From Myxococcota bacterium (GTDB lineage: Bacteria > Myxococcota_A > UBA9160 > UBA6930): 64,000 nt of DNA. Where the stretch lies: the NCBI GenBank assembly GCA_965223705.1, contig OZ245015.1, forward strand, positions 480,001 through 544,000, written 5' to 3'. Each line of letters begins with the position of its first letter. Positions within the stretch are counted from its first letter, which is position 1. Both the position numbers and the translations under genes were made by a program. Under the pieces are notes generated by a model. It saw only the letters and a list, made by a program, of their open reading frames with translations. It was not told the DNA's origin and did no database searches. Below are positions 9,908 through 19,396 of the stretch, one piece after another.

Positions 9908-11117
9908 CACCGCTCCCGAGCTCCCCTCACAAGCCCGCGCTTGGTGGGTGGTTGCAGCGCTCTTCGTCGTCCTGATGTCTTCGTCCGGCCTGGCCTTCTA
10001 CAGCCTGCCCATCCTGGTTCGGGTGATGAGCGAGGAGGGTCTCTTCTCGGTCCACACGGTGTCGAGCGCCAGCGCCATCTTTTTCCTGGCGAGCGGCCTG
10101 GCGGGACTCGTGGTGGCGCGTGCCCTGCATCGTTTCGATGTCCGCATCGTCGTGACGGTGGGTAGCTTGGTCTGCGCACTCTGTTTGCTCGCACTCGGTC
10201 GCGTCGAGGATCGGGCTTCGCTCTTTGGGGTGTACGCGCTGTTCGGAGCCGGCTTCGCCGCGACTTCGCTGATCCCGGCGATGACCGTGGTGGCGCGTTG
10301 GTTCGACGAGCACCGCGCGATCGCGGTGGGTGTGGTCTCGACGGGCCTCTCGTTCGGGGGCATCGCCGTTGCGCCGGCTACCGCCCACTTCGCCGAAGCC
10401 TACGGACTGCGGGTCGTGGTGCCGTGGCTGGCGGGCGCCTATCTGCTGGGGACGATTCCACTCTGCTGGGCGTTCGTGCGCGACGGTCCCGATCGGGACG
10501 AGACGGCGGTTCCGGAAACCGCGGCGGCGAGCTACCGCGCAGCGGTGCGCACGCCGTTCTTTCTGTGGATGAGCCTCGCCTACGTCTGCCTGATGGGCGC
10601 TCAAGTGGGCGCCATGATGCACATCTACAACCTGGCTGCTTCACGCATCGATCCGACCTTCGGCCAATTCGTCGTCTCGCTCGTCGCCTTCGCGAGCGTG
10701 TGCGGGCGTTTCGGCGGCGGCTTCGTGCTGACGAAAATTTCGGTCTATCCGGCGGCCTCCGTGCTGACTCTGCTCCAGGCGGTGTCGCTGGCCGCACTGT
10801 GCGCCGGCGAGACCCGACTCGCGATCGGAGTGGCGGTCGTGGCCTTCGGCCTCTCGGTGGGCAATCTGCTGATGATGCAGCCCCTCATCCTGATCGACGC
10901 CTTCGGGGTCCGCGACTACGCGAAGATCTACGCGTTGAGCCAGTTGCTCACGACGGCGGGCTACGCCGCCGGCCCAGAGGTCATGGGCGCGATGTTCGAT
11001 CGGTTCGGGGGGTACGAGGCCGCTTTCGGGCTCGCGGCGGGATTCGCGGGGCTGGGCTTCGTTTGCTTCCGCGTCGCGATGCGTTGGCGACCGCAGATCG
11101 GCGTTCGGGAGCAATAG
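9888..11117 (+). CDS. MFS transporter (OFA/monocarboxylate-like)
   Basis: About 12 hydrophobic segments, VVARWFDEHRAIAVG motif; start uncertain. Confidence 0.8.
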   Translation: MWSLAISTAPELPSQARAWWVVAALFVVLMSSSGLAFYSLPILVRVMSEEGLFSVHTVSSASAIFFLASGLAGLVVARALHRFDVRIVVTVGSLVCALCLLALGRVEDRASLFGVYALFGAGFAATSLIPAMTVVARWFDEHRAIAVGVVSTGLSFGGIAVAPATAHFAEAYGLRVVVPWLAGAYLLGTIPLCWAFVRDGPDRDETAVPETAAASYRAAVRTPFFLWMSLAYVCLMGAQVGAMMHIYNLAASRIDPTFGQFVVSLVAFASVCGRFGGGFVLTKISVYPAASVLTLLQAVSLAALCAGETRLAIGVAVVAFGLSVGNLLMMQPLILIDAFGVRDYAKIYALSQLLTTAGYAAGPEVMGAMFDRFGGYEAAFGLAAGFAGLGFVCFRVAMRWRPQIGVREQ

Positions 11118-11135
11118 ACAGCGGGCCCGGCCGGA

Positions 11136-11474
11136 TCACATTCCGAGCTCGAGCCTCGCCGCTTCGGACATCATGGTGGGATCCCACGGCGGATCCCAAA
11201 CGAGATCGAGTTGAACGTTGCCAACCCCGGCGACGCTTCGCGCTTTGGCCTCGACTTCCGGGGGCAGCGTCTCGGCGACGGGGCACATCGGCGACGTCAG
11301 CGTCATGCGGATACCGACGTCACAAGCGTCAGAGACGTCGACGTCATAGATGAGACCCATGTCGTAGATATTCACAGGAATCTCGGGATCGTAAATCGTC
11401 CGCAAGATGTCGATGACGTCGAGTCGAATCGATTCGGCTTTCGACGGTGCTTGCTGCGAGATCTCTTCACTCAC
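11136..11474 (-). CDS. sufT: SUF system Fe-S assembly protein, DUF59/SufT family
   Basis: IYDPEIPVNIYDMGLIY, MTLTSPMCP, WDPPW. Confidence 0.9.
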   Translation of the reverse strand: MSEEISQQAPSKAESIRLDVIDILRTIYDPEIPVNIYDMGLIYDVDVSDACDVGIRMTLTSPMCPVAETLPPEVEAKARSVAGVGNVQLDLVWDPPWDPTMMSEAARLELGM

Positions 11475-11483
11475 TGGGGTTCC

Positions 11484-11936
11484 TCATTCTGTCTTGACCG
11501 TCTCGCCGTTGCCGGCGACCGCCGCGCGGAGGGTGTGCCAGGCCAGCGTCGCGCACTTGACGCGCATCGGGAATTCTCGGACACCGGCGAAGATTGCGAG
11601 CTTGCCGAGGCCCTCGGTATCCGGCGGGACCGTCGGATCGCTCGTCACCAGTTCTTTGAACTCTTCGAAGAGGCGCTCGGCTTCGGCCAGCGGCTGTCCT
11701 TTGAGGCGTTCCGTCATCATCGACGCCGAGGCCTTGGAAATGGCGCAGCCGGAGCCTTCGAAAGAAACGTCTGAAATGTTCTCGCCGTCGAGCTCCAAGT
11801 ACACGGTGATCTTGTCGCCGCAGAGCGGATTGTCGCCGCGCGCTTCGCGGTTCGCGTCCGGCAAGCGCCCGAAGTTTCGCGGGTGCTTGTTGTGATCGAG
11901 AATCGTCGTTTGGTAGAGCTCGCGCAGGTCGGACAT
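11484..11936 (-). CDS. sufU: SUF system NifU-family sulfur-transfer/scaffold protein
   Basis: LYQTTILDH, NPLCGD, GCAISKAS, RVKCATLAWH. Confidence 0.95.
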   Translation of the reverse strand: MSDLRELYQTTILDHNKHPRNFGRLPDANREARGDNPLCGDKITVYLELDGENISDVSFEGSGCAISKASASMMTERLKGQPLAEAERLFEEFKELVTSDPTVPPDTEGLGKLAIFAGVREFPMRVKCATLAWHTLRAAVAGNGETVKTE

Positions 11937-13159
11937 CAGGTCAAGAGCTCGATGGTGGTGAGGATCGCCTCGTACAGGCGATCGAGATCTTCCGTGGTGT
12001 TGTAGACGCCGAGCGAGGCGCGCGCGGTCGCCGGCACACCCAAGCGTTCCATGAGCGGCTGCGCACAGTGGTGTCCCGCGCGAATCGCTACCCCCTCTTG
12101 ATCGAGCACGGTGCCGATGTCGTGGGGATGAACGCCTTCAATCACGAACGAGAGAACGCCGGTCTTGCGCGGCGCGGTTCCGATCAACGTGACCTCGGGA
12201 ATCGATTCGAGTCGTTCCGTTCCGTACGCGAGAAGCGCTTCTTCGTGTGCTTCGATGGCCGAAAGTCCGACGGATTCGACGTAGTCGATCGCGGCGCCGA
12301 GGCCCACCGCCCCGGCGATATCCGGGGTGCCCGCCTCGAAGCGCTGCGGGATATCAGCGTACGTCGTTTCTTCGAAACTCACCGTTCGGATCATATCGCC
12401 GCCGCCCTGGTAGGGCGGCATCGAGGCGAGGAGGTCGGCGCGACCGTAGAGCGCACCCATCCCGCTCGGGCCGTAGAGCTTGTGGCTCGAAAAGACGTAG
12501 AAGTCGCAGCCCAGGGCTCCTACGTCGACGGGGAACCGCGGCACGGCCTGGGCACCATCGACGAGTACGACGGCGCCGCGCCCATGCGCACGCTCGACAA
12601 TTTGAGCGACCGGGTTGATCGTCCCCAGCGCGTTCGACACGTGCCCCACAGCGACGATCCGCGTGCGCTCGGTCAGCAGTGCATCGAAAGCGTCCATGCG
12701 AAGCACGCCGCGATCGTCGATCGGCGCCACGCGCAGCTTCGCACCGGTCACTTGGCAAATCATCTGCCAGGGGACGATGTTCGCGTGGTGCTCCATCTCG
12801 GTGATGAGAATCTCGTCCCCCGAGCCGAGCGTCGTTCGTCCGAACGTCTGTGCGACGAGGTTGATCGCTTCCGTGGCGTTGCGCGTGAAGACGATCTCGC
12901 GAGGCTCTCGCGCGCCGAGAAAGCGCGCCACTTTCGCACGCGCCTCATCGTGGAACCGCGTGGCCGTCGCGGAGAGCTCGTAGACCCCGCGGTGGATGTT
13001 CGCGTAGTTCTGCCGGTAGAAAGCGTCCATCGCTTCGAGGACGACGCGCGGCTTTTGGGCGCTGGCGGCGGTATCCAGATAGACCAGCGGCTTGCCGTTC
13101 ATCGGGCGCTCGAGGATCGGAAAGTCCCGACGCACCGCAGTGACGTCGAAGGCGCTCAC
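11936..13159 (-). CDS. sufS: Cysteine desulfurase SufS
   Basis: VYLDTAASAQKP, EHHANIVPWQ, SSHKLYGP, RAGHHCAQP. Confidence 0.96.
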   Translation of the reverse strand: MSAFDVTAVRRDFPILERPMNGKPLVYLDTAASAQKPRVVLEAMDAFYRQNYANIHRGVYELSATATRFHDEARAKVARFLGAREPREIVFTRNATEAINLVAQTFGRTTLGSGDEILITEMEHHANIVPWQMICQVTGAKLRVAPIDDRGVLRMDAFDALLTERTRIVAVGHVSNALGTINPVAQIVERAHGRGAVVLVDGAQAVPRFPVDVGALGCDFYVFSSHKLYGPSGMGALYGRADLLASMPPYQGGGDMIRTVSFEETTYADIPQRFEAGTPDIAGAVGLGAAIDYVESVGLSAIEAHEEALLAYGTERLESIPEVTLIGTAPRKTGVLSFVIEGVHPHDIGTVLDQEGVAIRAGHHCAQPLMERLGVPATARASLGVYNTTEDLDRLYEAILTTIELLT

Positions 13160-14331
13160 AACGCCGCCCCGAGCTGCGCGAGCGAAGATTCGAGGAGCCG
13201 TTCCCGCAAGCTGTCGTCAGAGATCTCCGCCAGGGCTTCGGCCGCGAAGCCGCGGACCAGGAGCCGCCCCGCTTCCTGTGGATCGATCCCTCGGGTGCGC
13301 AGGTAGTAGAGCGCTTCCGCGTCGAGTTGGCCGATCGTCGCCCCGTGTGTACAGCGCACGTCGTCGGCGTAGATCTCGAGCTGGGGTTTCGTGTCGACTT
13401 CCGCTCGCTCGTCGAGGAGGAGATTCGGGTTGCTCTGGAGCGCCTGCGTCTTCTGGGCGTCCGGTCGAACCACGACGCGACCTCGGAATACACCGCGCCC
13501 GGTTCCCGACACGACGCCCTTGTAGAGCTGATCGCTCGATCCGTGAGGAACCGCGTGGTCGACCACGGTGTGGTGATCGCAGACACCGCCTTCGGAAGTG
13601 CCGAAGAGACTCCGCAAGCGGCATGACGCGCCTTCGCCGGCGAGGGTGACCGCCAGGTCTTGACGCGTGAACGCTCCTTCGAGGGTCACGGCGTGGTAGA
13701 GCAATTGGCTGTCGCTCGCCTGGTGGATCGCGACCGTACTCGTCGAAGCGGAGCGGCCACTCTTGTGGAACACGAATTCGACGACCGCTCCCGGCTCGAG
13801 AAACAACTCGACGACGTCGTTGCGCCAACACGTTTCATCCGCCGGCGCTTCTCCGATCCGGATGCGGGCCGTCGCGTTCGCCCCGATGCGGCCCAAGACA
13901 CGCGCCGCGTGCGCCTGCGCGCGGCGAAGTGTCGGAAAGGTGATGTTGATCGGTTCGGCGATGTGGGCACCCGATTCGACCGAGAACGCTGTGCCGGCGC
14001 CGAGGAGGGCCGTGTTGAGCGCCGCCACCGGATGTGATTTCAGGTCGATGAGCTCGCCGAGCCCCGGTGCGGGGTCGGACCGGAGTGGAGCGACCGAGAC
14101 GCCTTCTTCCCGACCGATCTCGACGTGGACGGGTTCGAGAGACAGGGCGTGTTCTTCCGCGATGACGGAAGTGAGATTCGTGTAGCGCCACTCTTCGACC
14201 CGCGTGTCCGGAAAACCGCGATCCGAAAAATCGCGGAGTGCGGCCGCTCGCAAACCGGCGTGCGGGCCTTCGTGGGCGGCCGCGATCGCTGCCCACCGGT
14301 CGGTGGCCTTCGCAAAGGTCGCGCCGCTCAC
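13156..14331 (-). CDS. sufD: Fe-S cluster assembly protein SufD
   Basis: EEWRYT, QLYKGV, VDTKPQLEIYADDVRCTHGAT, YLRTRGI. Confidence 0.93.
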   Translation of the reverse strand: MSGATFAKATDRWAAIAAAHEGPHAGLRAAALRDFSDRGFPDTRVEEWRYTNLTSVIAEEHALSLEPVHVEIGREEGVSVAPLRSDPAPGLGELIDLKSHPVAALNTALLGAGTAFSVESGAHIAEPINITFPTLRRAQAHAARVLGRIGANATARIRIGEAPADETCWRNDVVELFLEPGAVVEFVFHKSGRSASTSTVAIHQASDSQLLYHAVTLEGAFTRQDLAVTLAGEGASCRLRSLFGTSEGGVCDHHTVVDHAVPHGSSDQLYKGVVSGTGRGVFRGRVVVRPDAQKTQALQSNPNLLLDERAEVDTKPQLEIYADDVRCTHGATIGQLDAEALYYLRTRGIDPQEAGRLLVRGFAAEALAEISDDSLRERLLESSLAQLGAAL

Positions 14332-15083
14332 GTCGCGGCTCCGTCCTCTTCGATCCAGCCGTAACCCTTTTCTTCGAGCTCGAGCGCCAGCTCCTTGCCT
14401 CCGGAGCGGACGATGCGGCCCTTCGAAAGCACGTGGACGTGGTCGGGAACGATGTAGTCGAGGAGCCGCTGGTAGTGCGTGATGACCAGCATGCCCCGCT
14501 CCGGTGAACGCAGATGGTTGACGCCGCCGGCGACGGTGCGGAGCGCGTCGATGTCGAGCCCCGAATCGGTCTCGTCCAAGATGGCGAGCTTGGGTTCGAG
14601 CAACAACATTTGCAGTACTTCGTTGCGCTTCTTCTCCCCGCCGGAGAAGCCTTCGTTGATTGCGCGGTTCATCAAGTCTTCGGGCATCTCGACGAGCTTC
14701 ATCTTCTCTCGCACGAGCGTCAGGAAATCGAATGCGTCGAGCTCTGGCTCTCCGCGGTGGCCACGGATCGCATTGAGCGACGCTTTGAGGAAGTAGTTGT
14801 TGCCGACTCCCGGGATCTCGACGGGATACTGGAACGCGAGGAAGATGCCCTCCCGCGCGCGTTCTTCGGGCGCCAAGTCGAGGAGTGCGCGGCCTTCGAA
14901 CAGCACCTCACCTTCGGTGACTTCAAAATCGTCGCGCCCGGCGAGAACACCGGCGAGGGTGCTCTTGCCGGAACCATTGGGTCCCATGACCGCGTGGACC
15001 TCCCCCGGATCGATTCTCAAGTCGATCCCGCGGAGGATCGCCTTGCCGTCGGCGGAAGCGTGTAGATTCCGGATTTCGAGCAC
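14328..15083 (-). CDS. sufC: Fe-S cluster assembly ATPase SufC
   Basis: GPNGSGKST, FQYPVEIPG, GFSGGEKKRNE, LDETDSGLDIDAL, ITHYQRLL. Confidence 0.97.
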   Translation of the reverse strand: MLEIRNLHASADGKAILRGIDLRIDPGEVHAVMGPNGSGKSTLAGVLAGRDDFEVTEGEVLFEGRALLDLAPEERAREGIFLAFQYPVEIPGVGNNYFLKASLNAIRGHRGEPELDAFDFLTLVREKMKLVEMPEDLMNRAINEGFSGGEKKRNEVLQMLLLEPKLAILDETDSGLDIDALRTVAGGVNHLRSPERGMLVITHYQRLLDYIVPDHVHVLSKGRIVRSGGKELALELEEKGYGWIEEDGAAT

Positions 15084-16537
15084 TAGCCCACGCTCCCTTC
15101 GAGGCTCACGCCGAGGAGTTGTTGCGCCTCGACGGCGAACTCCATCGGGAGCTCCTTGAGGACTTCTTTACAGAACCCGTTCACGATCATGGAAACCGCG
15201 TCTTCCTCCGACAGGCCACGCTGCCGGCAGAAGAACAATTGGTCCTCGCCGATCTTGGATGTCGTCGCTTCGTGCTCCACGGTGGCGCTTGAGTTCTTCA
15301 CCTCCACGTAGGGAAACGTGTGAGCGCCGCACCGATCGCCGATGAGGAGCGAATCGCATTGCGAATAATTTCTGGCATTCGAAGCTTTCGGCCCGATCCG
15401 GACCAGCCCGCGGTAGGCCTGGGAGCCATGGCCCGCGGAGATCCCTTTGCTGATGATCGTGCTGCGCGTGTTCTTGCCGATGTGCAGCATCTTGGTGCCG
15501 GTATCGGCTTGCTGGCGATTCGTCGTCATCGCGACGGAGTAGAACTCCCCGATCGATTCGTCGCCCTGAAGAATGCAGCTCGGGTACTTCCAGGTGATGG
15601 CGGAGCCCGTCTCGACCTGGGTCCAAGAAATCTTCGAGCGGCGTCCCGCACACTTGCCGCGCTTCGTCACGAAGTTGTAGATGCCGCCTTTGCCGTCTTT
15701 GTCACCCGGGTACCAGTTCTGAACGGTCGAGTACTTGATCTCCGCTTCCTCGAGCGCGACGAGTTCGACGACGGCTGCGTGCAACTGATTCTCATCGCGC
15801 ATCGGCGCGGTGCAGCCCTCCAGGTAACTGACGTAGGCGTTGTCTTCGGCGACGATCAGCGTGCGTTCGAACTGCCCGGTCTCCTGGGCGTTGATCCGAA
15901 AGTACGTCGAGAGCTCCATCGGGCAGCGCACGCCCTTCGGAATGAACGCGAACGACCCGTCGCTGAAGACGGCGGAGTTGAGTGCCGCGAAAAAGTTGTC
16001 GGAGTAGGGAACGACGGAGCCCAGATACTTCTTGACGAGCTCTGGGTGATTCTTGACCGCCTCGGAAAACGAACAGAAGATGACACCGTGTTTCTCGAGT
16101 TCGGCCTTGTAGGTCGTCGCCACGGAGACGCTGTCGAAAACGGCATCGACGGCCACCCCGGCGAGCCGCTTCTGTTCTTCGAGCGGGATTCCGAGCTTGT
16201 TGTACGTATCGAGAAGCTCGGGATCGACTTCGTCGAGGCTCGACAGCTGCTTCTTCGGTTTCGGAGCGGCGTAATAGTACATGTCCTGGTAGTCGATCTT
16301 CGGGTAGTCGACTTGCGCCCAGGTCGGCTCACTCTCTTCTTCGAGCATCGAAACAAACCGCCGGTAAGCGCGAAGGCGCCAATCGAGGAGCCACTCGGGC
16401 TCCTCCTTCTTCTCTGAGATGAGCCGGACGGTGGCTTCCGACAAGCCCTTCGGTGCGTATTCCGTCTCGATATCGGTAGCGAAGCCGTACTCGTAGTCGC
16501 GGTTCGCCAGTTTTTCGAGCGTTGTCGATTCGGACAT
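15083..16537 (-). CDS. sufB: Fe-S cluster assembly protein SufB
   Basis: [47 protein letters not shown]; start re-chosen at MSESTTLEK. Confidence 0.97.
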   Translation of the reverse strand: MSESTTLEKLANRDYEYGFATDIETEYAPKGLSEATVRLISEKKEEPEWLLDWRLRAYRRFVSMLEEESEPTWAQVDYPKIDYQDMYYYAAPKPKKQLSSLDEVDPELLDTYNKLGIPLEEQKRLAGVAVDAVFDSVSVATTYKAELEKHGVIFCSFSEAVKNHPELVKKYLGSVVPYSDNFFAALNSAVFSDGSFAFIPKGVRCPMELSTYFRINAQETGQFERTLIVAEDNAYVSYLEGCTAPMRDENQLHAAVVELVALEEAEIKYSTVQNWYPGDKDGKGGIYNFVTKRGKCAGRRSKISWTQVETGSAITWKYPSCILQGDESIGEFYSVAMTTNRQQADTGTKMLHIGKNTRSTIISKGISAGHGSQAYRGLVRIGPKASNARNYSQCDSLLIGDRCGAHTFPYVEVKNSSATVEHEATTSKIGEDQLFFCRQRGLSEEDAVSMIVNGFCKEVLKELPMEFAVEAQQLLGVSLEGSVG

Positions 16538-16565
16538 CGGGTTGGAGATTCCTTCGGAAAGTTCT

Positions 16566-17045
16566 CTAGTTCGCCGGCCGGTCGGCGACCAAGCGGAGTG
16601 CTGCAATAGATCGCTCTCCCGGGGTCACCAGGTCGGCCAGCGTGATCTCAGCGAGTGCGTCGCGCACCGCCTCGTTGATTCGCAGCCAGGGATCGCGAAT
16701 GCGACAGGTCGACTCCTGGTCGCAATGGCCCGGGCCGGCAGTGCACGCCATGAGGGCGATCGGTCCTTCGAGCGCCTCGATGATGTCGTTGACACGGATC
16801 TCTTCCGGCGGACGCGAGAGGGCGTAGCCGCCTTTCGCTCCCCGTTGAGATACGAGGAGCTCCTCTTGCGCCAGGTTCTTCAAGATCTTGCTCACCGCCG
16901 GGTAGGGCAGCAGCGTCGCCTCGGACATCTCACGCGCGTTGCGAGTCGCAGCGTCGGGGCCGGCGCTACCCGCCGCCTCGGCCGCTTCGGCAAAATGTGC
17001 CAGAAGGACCAGGCCGTAGTCCGTGAGCTTGCTGATGCGAAGCAT
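16566..17045 (-). CDS. Rrf2-family SUF system transcriptional regulator
   Basis: [33 protein letters not shown]-x6-C-x5-C triad. Confidence 0.92.
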   Translation of the reverse strand: MLRISKLTDYGLVLLAHFAEAAEAAGSAGPDAATRNAREMSEATLLPYPAVSKILKNLAQEELLVSQRGAKGGYALSRPPEEIRVNDIIEALEGPIALMACTAGPGHCDQESTCRIRDPWLRINEAVRDALAEITLADLVTPGERSIAALRLVADRPAN

Positions 17046-17053
17046 CGGCTGAG

Positions 17054-17104
17054 AATATCGGACTGAATTGGTGCTGTAAATATCGGACCGTTCCAGTCCG
17101 GTTT
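17054..17104. promoter_or_regulatory. Tandem palindromic operator (CGGAC-N7-GTCCG and a degenerate copy), probable Rrf2 binding sites
   Basis: aatatcggac occurs twice 25 bp apart; CGGAC(17084-88)-N7-GTCCG(17096-100) perfect, CGGAC(17059-63)-N7-GTGCT imperfect; directly upstream of the Rrf2 start. Confidence 0.7.
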
Positions 17105-18311
17105 ACTCGCCGCCGTCGAGCTTTTCGAGATCCGTCCAGTTTCCGATCGGGTGTAAAAAGGCCCAGTTCCCGTGGGACCAATCCAAGGGGGGAGCCTGCA
17201 TCCGGCCCACGCGACAGATCCTGGAGGGAGCCAACCGTGCCAGGGTGTCCGCCGCTCGGGTCGCGTCGGCTCCGAACCCCGCGAGTCCCAGGGCCGCGAG
17301 CGAGCCGCGCATTGGACCGAGGCCTTGTAGCAACGCCGCGAGGTCGTCGAAGGGGTGGAGTCGCAAGAAGCGGTGGAGCGGGTGAGGGCGCGCTTCGTGT
17401 CGGCTCTCGCGCACCACGGCCCAGCGGTTCTCGGAGTCCGCCGCGACCCGAACCCCGGGCTCTGTCGCCGCTCGAAACGCCGCTTCCGTGACCGAATCGC
17501 CAAACGCGACCCGCACTTCCACCGGGCACGCGCCCCGCGGAAGCTCTTCTTCGACCGCGGCGAACGCGTCGGCCAGAGCGTCCATCAACGGATCGATGGC
17601 GGAGCGGTGCGCGTAGACGCCCCGCGGCGAGAGGCAACCCAGTTGATCCCACAACGCGACGTCGAAGGCGATGGCGTGCGCCGTACGTTCGATTTCTGCT
17701 TCACCACCCGCGCTACCGACTACGGCGAAGGATTCGCGATGTCCGTGACCGACGAAGCGCCGGTCGGCGCGGACGCGCGCGCCGAGGGCGCGGATCGTCT
17801 CGTCGTTCCCGTAGGCGACGACGCAGTCCGCGTCGAGAAAAGGGAGCCACGACGGGTCGTCTGGCCCCGGAAGATCGCGAACCGAGACACAAGCAGCGTG
17901 GGCGGGGCTCGTCGCTTCGAGCGCTTCGCGAAACGCCGCCGCGGAAACGGGATCGTGGCGGGCGGGCTTTGCGCGAACGTCGGCGCGCGTTACCAAGGGC
18001 AACAACAGCGCCGACCACGTTGGCATCGGCAGAGCGCCGGCGAGAACCAAGGCGATGTCCCGGAACCCGGTGAAGCGTCGCGGTCCGTTCGCGAAGTGCG
18101 GTTCGACGCTACGGAGAAAAGCCGCGCTGGAGAAGTGTTCCCAGGCGTGGGCGAGGCCGGCTCGAATGACGGCCGGGTGAAACCCCGTCGCGGGGGGAAG
18201 CCTTTCCTCGAGAAGTTTCCGAGGGAGGCCGTCCGCGTGTGACCACGTGGCGACGAACTCGGCCAACCGTCCGAGGTGTTCTTCGTCCGAAAGACCGTCG
18301 AGGGCGCTCAC
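17103..18311 (-). CDS. Acyl-CoA/acyl-protein reductase, LuxC-like
   Basis: VLAGALP, VVAYGNDETI, GHGHRESF, FDVALWDQLGCLSP (catalytic Cys), RICRVGRMQAPPLDWSH; GTG overlaps luxE-like stop. Confidence 0.85.
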   Translation of the reverse strand: MSALDGLSDEEHLGRLAEFVATWSHADGLPRKLLEERLPPATGFHPAVIRAGLAHAWEHFSSAAFLRSVEPHFANGPRRFTGFRDIALVLAGALPMPTWSALLLPLVTRADVRAKPARHDPVSAAAFREALEATSPAHAACVSVRDLPGPDDPSWLPFLDADCVVAYGNDETIRALGARVRADRRFVGHGHRESFAVVGSAGGEAEIERTAHAIAFDVALWDQLGCLSPRGVYAHRSAIDPLMDALADAFAAVEEELPRGACPVEVRVAFGDSVTEAAFRAATEPGVRVAADSENRWAVVRESRHEARPHPLHRFLRLHPFDDLAALLQGLGPMRGSLAALGLAGFGADATRAADTLARLAPSRICRVGRMQAPPLDWSHGNWAFLHPIGNWTDLEKLDGGE

Positions 18312-19396
18312 GGCAGCGCGTCGATCAATTGCGCGTCCGCGGCGACGGAGCACCCGCGCACATCGCTACCCGAGCCGCGGCCCAGAACCTCGAAGCCCGT
18401 AGGAAGCTCCCGCCCGAGGTCGGCGGTCTGCAGCGCGAGCACGCTCCCGGTGTTCGCGAGGTCGAAGATGCGGATCATGCCGACCTCGCCGGGTGCGCAA
18501 TCGGTTCCGTTCTCGGGGCGTGTCACGCGCACCCGTACCCACGGCGGCCGCTCTTTGTGGCGCGGGACTCCCGGCCGCGCGAGCACGCTGTCGTAGAACT
18601 GGCTGCCGAGTTCAGTCATTCCGTACTGATTCACGATGCGATGTTCCGGAACGCCCAATCGGTCCGTAAGGGCTCCGTAGAGCTCGTTCCGAGGGACTTC
18701 TCGCGAGCGCCCCTTGAAGCCGCCGGTTTCCATGACCCGCGCCGCGGCACCCAGGGAAACGCGGGCGCCAGCGGCCTCGAGCGCGTCGAGCAGGTGCACG
18801 AAGGCGAACGCCGTTCCCGCGACGAGGACCGGCGCATCGCAGGCCTCGGCCGCTTCTAGCGCGTCGCGGAGGGGCGCGAGCGCCAACGCACCTTCGCGCA
18901 GGAAGAACGCACTCTCGCGGTCACCGCGTTCGCGGCGCATGACGTCGAACATGTACGAGAGCGATGAGTCCGACGCTTCGTCGAGAGACGGGGCGAGAAG
19001 AAGCATCCGGACCGGTCCATCGACATCGGGCAGCACGCCGCGTGTAAAGCTCGCGCGGAGAGACGCTTCGTAGAGCTCCGTCGTGTCGAGGTAGAGCGCG
19101 CCGCGCGTACTCCCTGTCGTTCCGCTGGTCCGGAACACTCGGACCGTCCTTTTCTCTTCGAAGCTGCAGAGGCGGGCGGATTTGAACGCACCGGTCGGGA
19201 CGCAGGGAATTTCGGTCCAGGACGAGAGAGCGTCGGGACGCACGCCGAGGCTTTCACAAAACGCCCGGTACGGATCGCAGCGCTCGAACTGGTAGCGGAA
19301 CACACGGAGGGCCAGCTCGTCGAAGCGCGCCTCGGAATCGTCCCAGGGCTCCCCCATCCAGGAGAGCACATCGCGGTCGATCGCCTCTCGGGTCAC
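18308..19396 (-). CDS. Acyl-protein synthetase, LuxE-like
   Basis: FRYQF...Y, IPCVPTGAFK, FRTSGTTG, METGGFKGR, YGMTELGSQFY, DLAN, QTADLG, GR...RGCS. Confidence 0.87.
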   Translation of the reverse strand: MTREAIDRDVLSWMGEPWDDSEARFDELALRVFRYQFERCDPYRAFCESLGVRPDALSSWTEIPCVPTGAFKSARLCSFEEKRTVRVFRTSGTTGSTRGALYLDTTELYEASLRASFTRGVLPDVDGPVRMLLLAPSLDEASDSSLSYMFDVMRRERGDRESAFFLREGALALAPLRDALEAAEACDAPVLVAGTAFAFVHLLDALEAAGARVSLGAAARVMETGGFKGRSREVPRNELYGALTDRLGVPEHRIVNQYGMTELGSQFYDSVLARPGVPRHKERPPWVRVRVTRPENGTDCAPGEVGMIRIFDLANTGSVLALQTADLGRELPTGFEVLGRGSGSDVRGCSVAADAQLIDALP

